In this document: positions 1-8,042 of the stretch, one piece after another
How positions within the stretch are numbered: position 1 is the stretch's first letter
Layout of the letters: the number at the start of each line of letters is the position of its first letter
Assembly: GCA_050699635.1 (NCBI GenBank)
Contig: JBOHFK010000068.1
Coordinates: 1 to 24,000 of the forward strand
Direction of reading: 5' to 3'
From: Pseudonocardiaceae bacterium
Lineage (GTDB): Bacteria > Actinomycetota > Actinomycetes > Mycobacteriales > Pseudonocardiaceae
DNA length: 24,000 nucleotides
The notes under the pieces: model-generated
Database searches by the model: none
What the model was told of the DNA's origin: nothing
Seen by the model: only the letters and a program-made list of their open reading frames with translations
Position numbers and translations under genes: made by a program

Positions 1-13
1 ACTGCTGCGGCGG

Positions 14-877
14 TCAACGAATCAGCCGGGACAGCCTGCGGTCGGCCAGCGGTTTCCCACCGGTCTGGCAGGTCGGGCAGTACTGGAAGGCGCGGTCGGC
101 GAAGGACACCTCGCGGACCGTGTCACCACAGACCGGGCACGGTAGACCAGCGCGGGCGTGCACCGCCAGACCGGCCCGTTTCTCACCCTTGAGCCGGGCG
201 GCGTCCTGCCCGACGGACCGGGCTACCGCATCGAGCAGCACCCGCCGCAGTGCCTCGTGCAACCGGTCCAGCGCGTCGTCGGGCAGCCGCCCCGCGGTGG
301 CGTACGGCGAGAGCCGGGCGGCGTGGAGCACCTCATCGGAGTAGGCGTTGCCGACCCCGGCGATCATCGTCTGGTCGGTCAGCACCGTCTTGAGCCGCTC
401 GGTGCGCCCGCGCAACACCTCGGCGAGTTCCTCGCGGGACAACGCCAGAGCGTCCGGACCGAGCCGGGCGATGCCCGGCAGGGCAGCCACCCCGGCCGCA
501 TCAGCGACCACGTACACCGCGAGTCGCTTCTGAGTGCCCGCCTCGGTGAGATCAAAGCCCGCGCCCCCACTGAGGTGCACCCGCAGGGCGATCGGCCCCT
601 TGCCGGGACGCGGCGCCGCGGGGGGCAGCGAGTCCGACCAGCGCAGCCATCCCGCGCGCGCCAGGTGCATCACCAGCGCGGGCCCGTCGGTGTGCAGCGC
701 GAGGAACTTGCCGTGCCGGCCGGCCCCGGTCACCGGACACCCATTCAGGGCACTCACCGCCGGCTGCACCGTCTTGAGCACCGTGAGGGAAGCCACGTCG
801 ATGCGGGTCACGGTCGCACCGACGGCATGCTCGCGCAGATGATGCGCCAGCGCCTCGACTTCGGGCAGCTCAGGCAT
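14..877 (-). CDS. Fpg/Nei family DNA glycosylase (formamidopyrimidine-DNA glycosylase / endonuclease VIII-like)
   Basis: 287-aa ORF. The N-terminus MPELPEVE is the Pro2/Glu3 catalytic signature of Fpg/Nei. The C-terminus has a four-Cys zinc finger, CPVCG...CPTCQ. Family call is from motif recall only. Confidence 0.9.
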   Translation of the reverse strand: MPELPEVEALAHHLREHAVGATVTRIDVASLTVLKTVQPAVSALNGCPVTGAGRHGKFLALHTDGPALVMHLARAGWLRWSDSLPPAAPRPGKGPIALRVHLSGGAGFDLTEAGTQKRLAVYVVADAAGVAALPGIARLGPDALALSREELAEVLRGRTERLKTVLTDQTMIAGVGNAYSDEVLHAARLSPYATAGRLPDDALDRLHEALRRVLLDAVARSVGQDAARLKGEKRAGLAVHARAGLPCPVCGDTVREVSFADRAFQYCPTCQTGGKPLADRRLSRLIR

Positions 878-882
878 GTGCT

Positions 883-1341
883 CTAGGGTGCGGCCCGGCC
901 GATCGGCATGACCCGCAGGAGCGGCCCGTTGATGTCGTCGGGCTTTCCCATCGATTCCAGGTCATCGGCAATCCGCATGGTCTCCTCGCGAGCCGGCAGT
1001 ATGCCGCGCACGACACCCTCCCAGTACTCGCCGGCGCTCTCGATCGGTTCATCGGTCTCCGCGGTGATGATCCAGGGCCGCTGAGCCGCCCACAGCACCG
1101 GCATCAGCAGCAGGAGCAGCAGGAGCAGGAGCAAGAACCAAGCCGGTACCTCGACGTCGTTGGGGGTCCAGAACACCACGAATAGCGCCAACCCCACCAG
1201 GACCACCAGCATCACGACACCGGCCACATAACCTGCGGCCATATCGTGCTCGAACTGGTCCGCCAGCTGCGGCTTGGTCCAGCTGATCCGGCTGCGGACC
1301 GTCCAGGTGCGTCTTTCCTGATCCCGCACCACCAGCTCCAT
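883..1341 (-). CDS. hypothetical membrane protein (single very hydrophobic segment with a 10-Leu run)
   Basis: ATG at 1341 is preceded by GGAGGT (plus-strand acctcc, 1348-1353) with a 6-nt spacer. The track start at 1437 is an upstream extension. The stop lies 5 nt before the fpg/nei start on the same strand, so an operon is likely. Confidence 0.6.
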   Translation of the reverse strand: MELVVRDQERRTWTVRSRISWTKPQLADQFEHDMAAGYVAGVVMLVVLVGLALFVVFWTPNDVEVPAWFLLLLLLLLLLMPVLWAAQRPWIITAETDEPIESAGEYWEGVVRGILPAREETMRIADDLESMGKPDDINGPLLRVMPIGRAAP

Positions 1342-1428
1342 GATCTGACCTCCGTATCCCCACGCCGATGCCAACCCAGCGTAACGCCGAGCTGACACCG
1401 ACGGACACGGGTGGAATGCTGACACGCG

Positions 1429-1752
1429 ATGACGCAACGGCCGCCCTCATTTTCTCGTCGCCGGGAGAATTTCACCTGCCTGCATTGTGGGACCGCGGTC
1501 CGCGGCAGTGGTTACACCAACCACTGCCCACGATGCCTGTGGTCGCGCCACGTCGACGTCAGTCCCGGCGACCGGGCGGCGGAGTGCGGCGGAGCGATGG
1601 AGCCCGTTGCTGCGCTGTCCGAACGCGGCGAGATCGTCGTGGTGCAACGGTGTGTCGTCTGCGGGCACCTCTGGCGCAACCGCAGTGCAGCCGATGACGA
1701 CCGGGACGCGTTGCTGGGGTTGTTCGGCCGCCCGGTGCCTGATCCGTCCTGA
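1429..1752 (+). CDS. RNHCP domain-containing Cys-rich protein
   Basis: 107 aa with CLHCG...YTNHCPRCLWSRHVD...CVVCGH. The TNHCP..C..S.HVD pattern matches the RNHCP domain as I recall it. Divergent from the membrane-protein gene. Confidence 0.7.
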   Translation: MTQRPPSFSRRRENFTCLHCGTAVRGSGYTNHCPRCLWSRHVDVSPGDRAAECGGAMEPVAALSERGEIVVVQRCVVCGHLWRNRSAADDDRDALLGLFGRPVPDPS

Positions 1753-2084
1753 CGATCATCGCCACCCCCCTGGGCTGGGCCTGCCGTCGATGGCCTGCCG
1801 TAGGACGCCGGCAGGGCCACCGTGAAGCAGGCCCCGCCGTCGGGTGCCGGGTCCGCGCGGATCGCGCCCCCCATGCGGGTCACCAGCCCGTGTACCAGGG
1901 CCAGGCCGACGCCACCCGCGCCGACCGGGCGGTGCCCGCGGTAGCGGGCGTGCAGCGCGCCGCGTTGGAACACCAGGGGGTAATCCTCGGGGGCCAGCCC
2001 GGGGCCGCCGTCGAGCACCCGCAGCACGCCGGCGCCGGGTGTGTCGGACACGGCGAACTGCAGCGGCGCACCGGCCGGGGTCAC
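1512..2084 (-). pseudogene. sensor histidine kinase remnant (only the C-terminal part of the HATPase_c domain)
   Basis: The translation contains LRVLDGGPGLAPEDYPLVFQRG...GAGGVGLALVHGLVTRMGGAI...GGACFTVALPA, which are G1/G2-box-like motifs. No HisKA/dimerisation or sensor part exists upstream: an in-frame stop sits near 2120 and the next gene ends at 2170. The ORF tail runs 240 nt into the convergent RNHCP gene. Confidence 0.5.
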
Positions 2085-2169
2085 CCGCAGACCGCGATCA
2101 GGAGCCGATCCGGGAAATGTTCAGGTCAGGTAGGGATGTTGTGGATCTGGCGCGACTGCGCCCGGTGGG

Positions 2170-3183
2170 TCACCAGCGGTGGGCGGCGTGGCGGCGCTGC
2201 TGAGACAGGCCGCGAGTGGCGCCACTGTGCTGGGGCCCGGCATAGGCCCGCCGGACCCGCCCGCTCGCGCTGCCCAGCAGCCCGAGCGCGATCAGCAGCG
2301 CCGCGATCGAGACCAGGGCGGCGACCAGCGCGTTCGCACTGATTCCGGTGACGGCGCCGGCCGTGGGAACCGGCGTGGCATTGACGACCTGGTCGATGCG
2401 TTGTGCGGGGGCGGCGGCATCGGCCGGGGCGGGTTGCGGGATGGGGAGCTTGGAATAGTCCACCAGCCCGGTGCGCTCCAGCGTCTCCATGTGCTTGGTG
2501 AGCAGTGTCGCGGCGTTGGCGGCAAACGACCGGACCAGTTCGTTGCGGGTACCCGCCCGCACGGCGGTGATGGCCGGAAGCACTTCGCCATCGGTGCTGC
2601 GCAGCCCTTGGGCGAACATCCGGTCGTAGGCTGCACCGGAACGCCCGGACAGGTCCTTCAGCCAGCCCTGCTGCGGCACAGTGGGCTGGTCTGGCAGCGG
2701 TACGCCGAGTTTGCCCGCGGCCGCGCGGACCTGATTATCGAGATCGCCGTAGTCGACCGCGATGCGTTTGGCGATGGTGCGGACCTGCGGGTTGCTGCCC
2801 TGTTGCTGAGCCTGTTTCCCACTTGATCCCCCGGACAGGCCTGCCTGCCGGACCATGATCAGCAGGTCCCGATCCGCGGGGCCCAGGGGACCCCACCGGG
2901 TTTGCAGCCAGCCCGGATCCTGACTTGTGACCTGGCCGGTACGGGCGAGCGCGGTCCCGTACTGCGACGTCCCCCAGTACTGGAAGACGGCCAGGGTCAA
3001 GGCGGCGATCACGGCCAGGGCGACAGCCCATCGGACGAAGCGGGGTACCGGGGGGCGCAAAACAGGAACCTTTCTCGGCAGGGGCTGGGTCGTGGGGCCA
3101 GATGAGGGGTCGTGGGGCAGACGAGGGGTCGTGGGGTCAGACGAGGTCGAACTGCTCGGTGTGGATCCGCGGCTGCGGCACAT
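2170..3183 (-). CDS. DUF4142-like membrane-anchored protein
   Basis: N-terminal TM segment FVRWAVALAVIAALTLAVF and a C-terminal TM segment. The core ...NPQVRTIAKRIAVDYGDLDNQVRAAAGKLGVPLP...LSGRSGAAYDRMFAQGL... resembles the duplicated DUF4142 pattern. The start is uncertain: the 3183 start overlaps the upstream gene by 47 nt, and a TTG at 3060 is an alternative. Confidence 0.6.
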   Translation of the reverse strand: MCRSRGSTPSSSTSSDPTTPRLPHDPSSGPTTQPLPRKVPVLRPPVPRFVRWAVALAVIAALTLAVFQYWGTSQYGTALARTGQVTSQDPGWLQTRWGPLGPADRDLLIMVRQAGLSGGSSGKQAQQQGSNPQVRTIAKRIAVDYGDLDNQVRAAAGKLGVPLPDQPTVPQQGWLKDLSGRSGAAYDRMFAQGLRSTDGEVLPAITAVRAGTRNELVRSFAANAATLLTKHMETLERTGLVDYSKLPIPQPAPADAAAPAQRIDQVVNATPVPTAGAVTGISANALVAALVSIAALLIALGLLGSASGRVRRAYAGPQHSGATRGLSQQRRHAAHRW

Positions 3184-4588
3184 CCAGCCCGTCGAGCACG
3201 GTCAGCACATCGGTGACCATCGCGGGCGGCCCGCACAGGTAGTAGTCGAGCTGGTTGCGCCGGAACTCGCCGGGCAACAGCGCCGTGAGCAGCCGCTCGT
3301 CGACGTCACCGGACTCACCGGTCCAGCTCGGTGGCGGTCGCCGGAGCACCTCGACGACGGTGAGGTCCTCCAACCGCTGCTGAAGCTGCCTGATCTCGCC
3401 GCGGAACAGCAGTTCATCGATGCTCCCGGCGACGACCAGCAACCGGTGCGGTCGCTTGTCGCGTCGGTGCGCCAGGGTCCGCAGCATGCTCATCATCGGG
3501 GTGATGCCCACCCCACCGGCGATCATCACCAGACCGGTGGTGCGCCGCAGATCGAGGGTGAAGGCGCCGTGCGGGCCGTCGACCCACACCGGGCTGCCCG
3601 GCCGCAGCATCCGCAGCTCACTGGTGAAATCACCGCTGTGCCGGATCGTGAACTCGGTCCACAGCCCGAGATGAGCGCTCGAAGCGATGGTGAATGGATG
3701 CTCCTGAGCCCTGACCGACGGGTTCAGGCGCAACCAGGCGAACTGGCCGGGAGCGAACTCCAGGGTCCGGTAACCCCGCCGGGAACGTGCGCGCCGGGGC
3801 TGGAGGACCAGAGTGCTCACCGTGCTGGACTCCGGCCGCACCTCGCGGACCACGTACTGGCGGCCGGCTCCGAAAACCGGCAGCCACAGCCACCGGTAGC
3901 CCAGCACCCCCAGCACACCTAGCGCGAGCACGATGAGCAATGCCCGCATGGACGCGTCCCGAACCAGATGGTTGAGCCACCAGACGTGCAGCGCGCTGAG
4001 CAGCAGCACCGAGCCGGCCAGCGCGAGATGCACCCACCGCCACACCTCGTAGCGGTGCCCCAGTCGCCTTCTCAGCACCGTCAGGGCGATCAGCGCACCC
4101 AGCGCCACGGTGGCGCCCAGCGCCGTTCGAGCACGATTGGGGGCGTGCACGACGTCGAACAACGCCAGGTTGGCCGGGTTGGCCACCACCACCAGGACGA
4201 TGTGCAAGGCCACCAGCAGGGTGACCGCCAACCCGATGAAGCGGTGGATACCCATTACGCCGTCGATGCCGAGCGTGCGGGTCAGCGAGCGCAGCCGGGA
4301 CGGCAGCACCACCGCGCAGACCAGCATTGACGTGGCGAGCAACCCCATCCCGACGGAAAGCTGGGACAGCAGCGAGGAGCCATCCCCGGCGCGGGGGCCG
4401 TGCAATACCGGTGCCAAGAGCACGGGTGCCAGGAGCACGGCGAGGAAGGCCGTTGCCCACAGCGTTCGTTCCAGCTGGCGTCGCACGCCACGAACTATGG
4501 AGAACCGGACACCTGGCCGAGGCAACCTGAGAGCGTTACCCGCCTGTGGTCGCCCACCCGGCGTTGAGGCGCGACGAGCGACAGCCAA
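3137..4588 (-). CDS. ferric-reductase-domain flavocytochrome (bacterial NOX-like: TM heme domain + FAD + NAD(P)H domains)
   Basis: Multiple TM helices carry two His-x13-His pairs (GIHRFIGLAVTLLVALHIV and WVHLALAGSVLLLSALHVW). HPFTIAS is the FAD motif, GGVGITPMMSML the NAD(P)H motif, and the C-terminus has YLCGPPAM. The 4588 start is TTG; an in-frame GTG at 4486 is an alternative. Confidence 0.85.
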   Translation of the reverse strand: MAVARRASTPGGRPQAGNALRLPRPGVRFSIVRGVRRQLERTLWATAFLAVLLAPVLLAPVLHGPRAGDGSSLLSQLSVGMGLLATSMLVCAVVLPSRLRSLTRTLGIDGVMGIHRFIGLAVTLLVALHIVLVVVANPANLALFDVVHAPNRARTALGATVALGALIALTVLRRRLGHRYEVWRWVHLALAGSVLLLSALHVWWLNHLVRDASMRALLIVLALGVLGVLGYRWLWLPVFGAGRQYVVREVRPESSTVSTLVLQPRRARSRRGYRTLEFAPGQFAWLRLNPSVRAQEHPFTIASSAHLGLWTEFTIRHSGDFTSELRMLRPGSPVWVDGPHGAFTLDLRRTTGLVMIAGGVGITPMMSMLRTLAHRRDKRPHRLLVVAGSIDELLFRGEIRQLQQRLEDLTVVEVLRRPPPSWTGESGDVDERLLTALLPGEFRRNQLDYYLCGPPAMVTDVLTVLDGLDVPQPRIHTEQFDLV

Positions 4589-4712
4589 TTAGCCCGAATG
4601 GCCCGGGTGTTAGTCCATTTGCCGGATAGGACCCTCAACGACAACCGGTAACCCGATGGATTCGACCAGTCATCCTGCCGGTCATCGATAGGCCCCCACC
4701 GCACAGCTAGTC

Positions 4713-5405
4713 TTGCCGCCGATGCTAATTGATCAACCTTCGACGGTGCTACGGCATCCCGTGCTGCTGATGGTGCCACTGCGCCAGACAACGAGCCGGG
4801 TGCTTCAGGCGCTCCGGTCCACCGGGTTCGAGACCCGGATCCTGGACGCCGTCCCGGATGTGCTGGACGCGGCGCGCGCCCAGAACCTCGCGGCGATCGT
4901 GCTCGACGTTGTCCTGGTGGGCCCGGAGCCCCGGACCTTCCTCGACGAGCTGCGCCGGGTTGCGCCCGCGCTACCGGTCATCGCGCTGACCTCCCGCGAG
5001 CAGCGAGAGCAGACCGTGTCGCTGCTGCGGGGCACCCTGGACGACTACCTGACCACCCCGTTCCCGGTGGAAGAGCTGGTCAGCCGGCTGCGGCTGCGGG
5101 TCTCCGATCAGCTGGCGGTGGACCGGACCGTGCTGCGCGCCGGGCTGGTCACGGTCGATACCGCACTCGGGCTGGTCAGCGTCGCGGGCCGGCTGGTCAC
5201 GCTGTCACCGACCGAATATGCCCTGCTGGTCGCGCTGGCCAGCCGAGCCGGTGAGCCGGTGTCCCAGAACCGCCTCGCCACCACGGTCTGGGGCCAACCC
5301 AAGTCCTCCAACCTGGTCGAGGTCTATATCGGCTACCTCCGCCGCAAACTCGGCCCCGACCGGATCCGCACCGTCCGCGGTGCCGGCTACGTCCTCGACG
5401 GCTGA
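4713..5405 (+). CDS. OmpR/PhoB-family winged-helix response regulator with atypical receiver domain
   Basis: The C-terminal trans_reg_C pattern is TEYALLVALASRAGEPVSQNRL...VEVYIGYLRRKLG...IRTVRGAGYVL. The receiver retains the Asp in IVLDVVL and the Thr in VIALTS. The 4713 start is TTG; an in-frame ATG lies at 4722. Confidence 0.85.
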   Translation: MPPMLIDQPSTVLRHPVLLMVPLRQTTSRVLQALRSTGFETRILDAVPDVLDAARAQNLAAIVLDVVLVGPEPRTFLDELRRVAPALPVIALTSREQREQTVSLLRGTLDDYLTTPFPVEELVSRLRLRVSDQLAVDRTVLRAGLVTVDTALGLVSVAGRLVTLSPTEYALLVALASRAGEPVSQNRLATTVWGQPKSSNLVEVYIGYLRRKLGPDRIRTVRGAGYVLDG

Positions 5406-5442
5406 CCCCTCCACATTGAGCGCCCTGTCGGCCAGACAAGAA

Positions 5443-5503
5443 GATCACGGTTTGTGTGCCTACGACGACCGTATTTGTCACTGTATGCACACAATCCGTG
5501 ATC
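5443..5503. terminator. 17-bp imperfect inverted repeat between convergent genes (possible bidirectional terminator)
   Basis: GATCACGGTTTGTGTGC (5443-5459) pairs with GCACACAATCCGTGATC (5487-5503) with one mismatch and a 27-nt loop. It lies between the response-regulator stop (5405) and the vapC stop (5510). Confidence 0.4.
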
Positions 5504-5509
5504 AACCAC

Positions 5510-5968
5510 TCAATGCGATTCGTCGAGAAGGGGGCGCCAGCGCAATCCCGGGAACCGGGCGAAACCACGATCTGTGGTGATCCAGGTTGCGCCGTTTTCG
5601 ATTGCCAGTGCGGCGTGGAAGGCATCGGGCACCACGTTGCCGCGCGCGCCGACCCGGCGGCACAGTGCAGAGAAGATGGCCCAATGCCGCGCGCCCGCCC
5701 GGATGGGGATCGCGGCGGGCGCCGCCAGCACCTCGTCGCAGAATTCCAGCGCGATCGCGGGCGGAGTCGGCTCACGGTAGACTCGGTGATTCGGCACAAT
5801 CCGCAGGAAGCTGGAGAACACCAGCTCGCTCACTCCGAAGGGCTCGTCGCCATCCAGGACATCAGCCAACCATTTGCCGGTTTCCGCGCTGCGCGGAGAC
5901 TCCGGCCGATGTGCGTAGATGAAGACGTTGACGTCAGCCAGCAGCACGAGCGGCGACCTCGCCATCAT
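5510..5968 (-). CDS. vapC: type II toxin-antitoxin system VapC-family toxin (PIN domain)
   Basis: Starts at the MMARSPLVLLADVNVFIYA... ATG at 5968; a GTG at 5947 is an alternative. PIN acidic residues are present (LLADVN, SELVF, ITTDRGF). It overlaps the upstream antitoxin stop. The track start at 6109 is an extension into the antitoxin. Confidence 0.8.
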   Translation of the reverse strand: MMARSPLVLLADVNVFIYAHRPESPRSAETGKWLADVLDGDEPFGVSELVFSSFLRIVPNHRVYREPTPPAIALEFCDEVLAAPAAIPIRAGARHWAIFSALCRRVGARGNVVPDAFHAALAIENGATWITTDRGFARFPGLRWRPLLDESH

Positions 5969-6194
5969 CGAGTAGCTCGGCCAGCGCAGCCTTGTCTTCG
6001 AGATCAACACCCGGTTGTAGCCCGCTACCGCCGAATGTGGGCAGCCGAACACCGCGGCGGCTCTCGACCGCGCGTCCGGCCAACAGCAGCTGCAGTGCGT
6101 CGTTGACAACGTTGCTGAGGGAGCGATGGCTACGCGCGGCCATTTCCTTCGCCTGGACCAGCAGGCTTTCCTCGATGTTCACCGTCGTCCGCAT
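5934..6194 (-). CDS. vapB: VapB-type antitoxin
   Basis: 86 aa. The N-terminus MRTTVNIEESLLVQAKEMAARSHRSLSNVVNDAL is typical of short DNA-binding antitoxins. It lies directly upstream of the PIN toxin and overlaps it. Confidence 0.7.
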   Translation of the reverse strand: MRTTVNIEESLLVQAKEMAARSHRSLSNVVNDALQLLLAGRAVESRRGVRLPTFGGSGLQPGVDLEDKAALAELLDDGEVAARAAG

Positions 6195-6284
6195 CGTGAC
6201 ACCATAGCATCACAGGTCCGCATCATGATGCGCCTACTTGCGCTGGATCGGCCGCGGCCGGGTGGAGTGGTGCAGAATCGAGAG

Positions 6285-7433
6285 ATGCGCCGTCGATTGT
6301 TCGAGGCCGAGCATGAGACCTTCCGGGAGAGTGTTCGCACCTTCCTCGCCAAGGAGGTGACACCGCATCTCGACGCCTGGGACGCCGCGGGCATCGTGCC
6401 CCGGGAGCTGTTCCAGATTGCCGGAGCGGCCGGTTTCCTGGGGATGGCGATCCCCGAGGAACTCGGTGGCGGCGGGGTGTCCGATTTCCGGTTCAACGCG
6501 GTGCTGGGCGAGGAGATCATGGCCGCGGGGGCCGCGGGCGCGGGACTCGGGCTGACCCTGCACAACGACATCTGCCTGCCGTACTTCCTGGACCTGGCCA
6601 CCGAGGAGCAACGGCACCGGTGGCTGCCGGGCATCGCCTCCGGGCAGCTGATCACGGCGATCGCGATGACCGAGCCGGGGATGGGCTCGGACCTGGCGGG
6701 CATGACCACCACCGCGGTACGCCAGGCAGATCACTACCTGATCAACGGATCGAAAACCTTCGTCAGCAGTGGGATCAACGCCGACCTGGTGATCACCGCG
6801 GTGAAGACCGACCCCGGGGAACAGCACCAGGGAATGAGCCTGCTGGTGCTGGAGCGCGGGATGGCGGGCTTCGAGCGTGGCCGCAACCTCGCCAAGCTGG
6901 GTCAGCACGCTCAGGACACCGCCGAACTGCTCTTCCGCGACGTCCAGGTGCCGGTGACCAACCTGCTCGGCACGCAAGGCCGCGGCTTCGCCCACCTGGT
7001 GGACCGGCTGCCTCAGGAGCGGCTGTCGATGGCGGTCGCGGCGGTGGCCGGCGCGCGGGCAGCGGTGACGCTCACGCTGGCCTACGTCAAGGACCGCACC
7101 GCGTTCGGGGCCCCGATCGGGTCGTTCCAGAACACCAAGTTCCGGCTGGCCGAGATGGCCACCGAGATCGACATCGCGCAGACCTTCACCGACCGCTGCA
7201 TCGAGGCGCTGGGCGAGGGCGAACTGACCGTCGCCGATGCCGCCAAAGCCAAGTGGTGGTGCACCGAATTACAGGGCCGGGTGGTGGACATCTGCTTGCA
7301 GCTGCACGGCGGTTACGGCTACATGCTCGAGTACCCGATCGCCCGGGCGTTCGCCGACGCCCGGGTCACCCGGATCTACGGCGGCACCACGGAAATCATG
7401 AAGGAAGTAATCGGCCGGTCACTGGGGTTGTAA
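6285..7433 (+). CDS. acyl-CoA dehydrogenase
   Basis: From the ATG at 6285 the product reads MRRRLFEAEHETFRESVRTFLAKEV... This is a typical ACAD N-terminus with TEPGMGSDLAG, ...RIYGGTTEIMKEVIGRSLGL at the C-terminus and about 382 aa. The track start at 6126 would overlap vapB. Confidence 0.9.
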   Translation: MRRRLFEAEHETFRESVRTFLAKEVTPHLDAWDAAGIVPRELFQIAGAAGFLGMAIPEELGGGGVSDFRFNAVLGEEIMAAGAAGAGLGLTLHNDICLPYFLDLATEEQRHRWLPGIASGQLITAIAMTEPGMGSDLAGMTTTAVRQADHYLINGSKTFVSSGINADLVITAVKTDPGEQHQGMSLLVLERGMAGFERGRNLAKLGQHAQDTAELLFRDVQVPVTNLLGTQGRGFAHLVDRLPQERLSMAVAAVAGARAAVTLTLAYVKDRTAFGAPIGSFQNTKFRLAEMATEIDIAQTFTDRCIEALGEGELTVADAAKAKWWCTELQGRVVDICLQLHGGYGYMLEYPIARAFADARVTRIYGGTTEIMKEVIGRSLGL

Positions 7434-7565
7434 CACCGGCCCGCGTCGCCCATCTCGGGTACATCAGTTGGGGTGAATGTCGGGGTCCGGTGGTACGTAA
7501 GACCCAGGTTGCACGATGTCTTACCTGAGCACCTCAACTCCTCCAGCACGGAGAGGCGGCCCAGG

Positions 7566-7988
7566 ATGACCAGCTACGACGGCGCGGCGGTTGCCCACGA
7601 CATGTTCGCGTTGCTGCACGAGGCCGCGGCACCCGTGGTGACCCGCTGGAGCTACTGCACCGACGATCCGTTCGCGGTGACCATCGAGATCCAGACCCGC
7701 GGCAATCGCTTCGTCGACTGGGTACTCGCCCGCGACCTGCTGGTCACCGGACTGTCCGCGCCCGCCGGGATCGGGGATGTGCGGGTACGTCCGGCCAACA
7801 TGGGCGAATGGGAAGTGACGCTGGTCGAGATCCGATCCCCCGATGGGCACGCCGTGCTCGAGGTGGACCGCGACCTGCTGCGGCAGTTCGTCCAGGCCAC
7901 GATCGACCTCATCCCGTTGGGCAGCGAGGGGCTGGCCGTCGACATCGACGCCGAGATCGAAAAGATCACCCGGAGCTGCGCGGACTAA
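7566..7988 (+). CDS. SsgA-like protein (SALP; SsgB-like sporulation/cell-division protein)
   Basis: ATG at 7566 is preceded by GGAGAGG. WSYCTDDPFAVTIEIQT...VDWVLARDLLVTGLSAPAGIGDVRVRPA...IRSPDGHAVLE...LRQFV aligns by eye with the conserved SsgB core (DPYAV...W.FARDLL..GL..P.G.GDVRV.P...SP.G.A.LE). Confidence 0.85.
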   Translation: MTSYDGAAVAHDMFALLHEAAAPVVTRWSYCTDDPFAVTIEIQTRGNRFVDWVLARDLLVTGLSAPAGIGDVRVRPANMGEWEVTLVEIRSPDGHAVLEVDRDLLRQFVQATIDLIPLGSEGLAVDIDAEIEKITRSCAD

Positions 7989-8042
7989 AGCCGGTTCGGT
8001 TGCCCGCCGGTTAGGTCGAGGTGAACGGCGTTATCTGCGAGA

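Noticed and set aside
883-1437. 184-aa version of the membrane protein (and the overlapping 1049..1450 and 1212..1475 ORFs)
   Set aside because: The internal ATG at 1341 has a GGAGGT SD, and the upstream 32 codons would run to within 8 nt of the divergent RNHCP gene's ATG. The other two ORFs are off-frame shadows.
2927-3922. 331-aa plus-strand ORF (similarly 158..886, 6234..6995, 6620..7528, 12356..13015 and 14374..15006)
   Set aside because: All lie opposite or out of frame to genes with strong family signatures. All have the Arg/Pro/Gly-rich composition of high-GC non-coding frames.
6126-6284. N-terminal extension of the acyl-CoA dehydrogenase to 435 aa
   Set aside because: The extension overlaps the vapB antitoxin gene on the other strand. 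The canonical ACAD N-terminus begins at the ATG at 6285.
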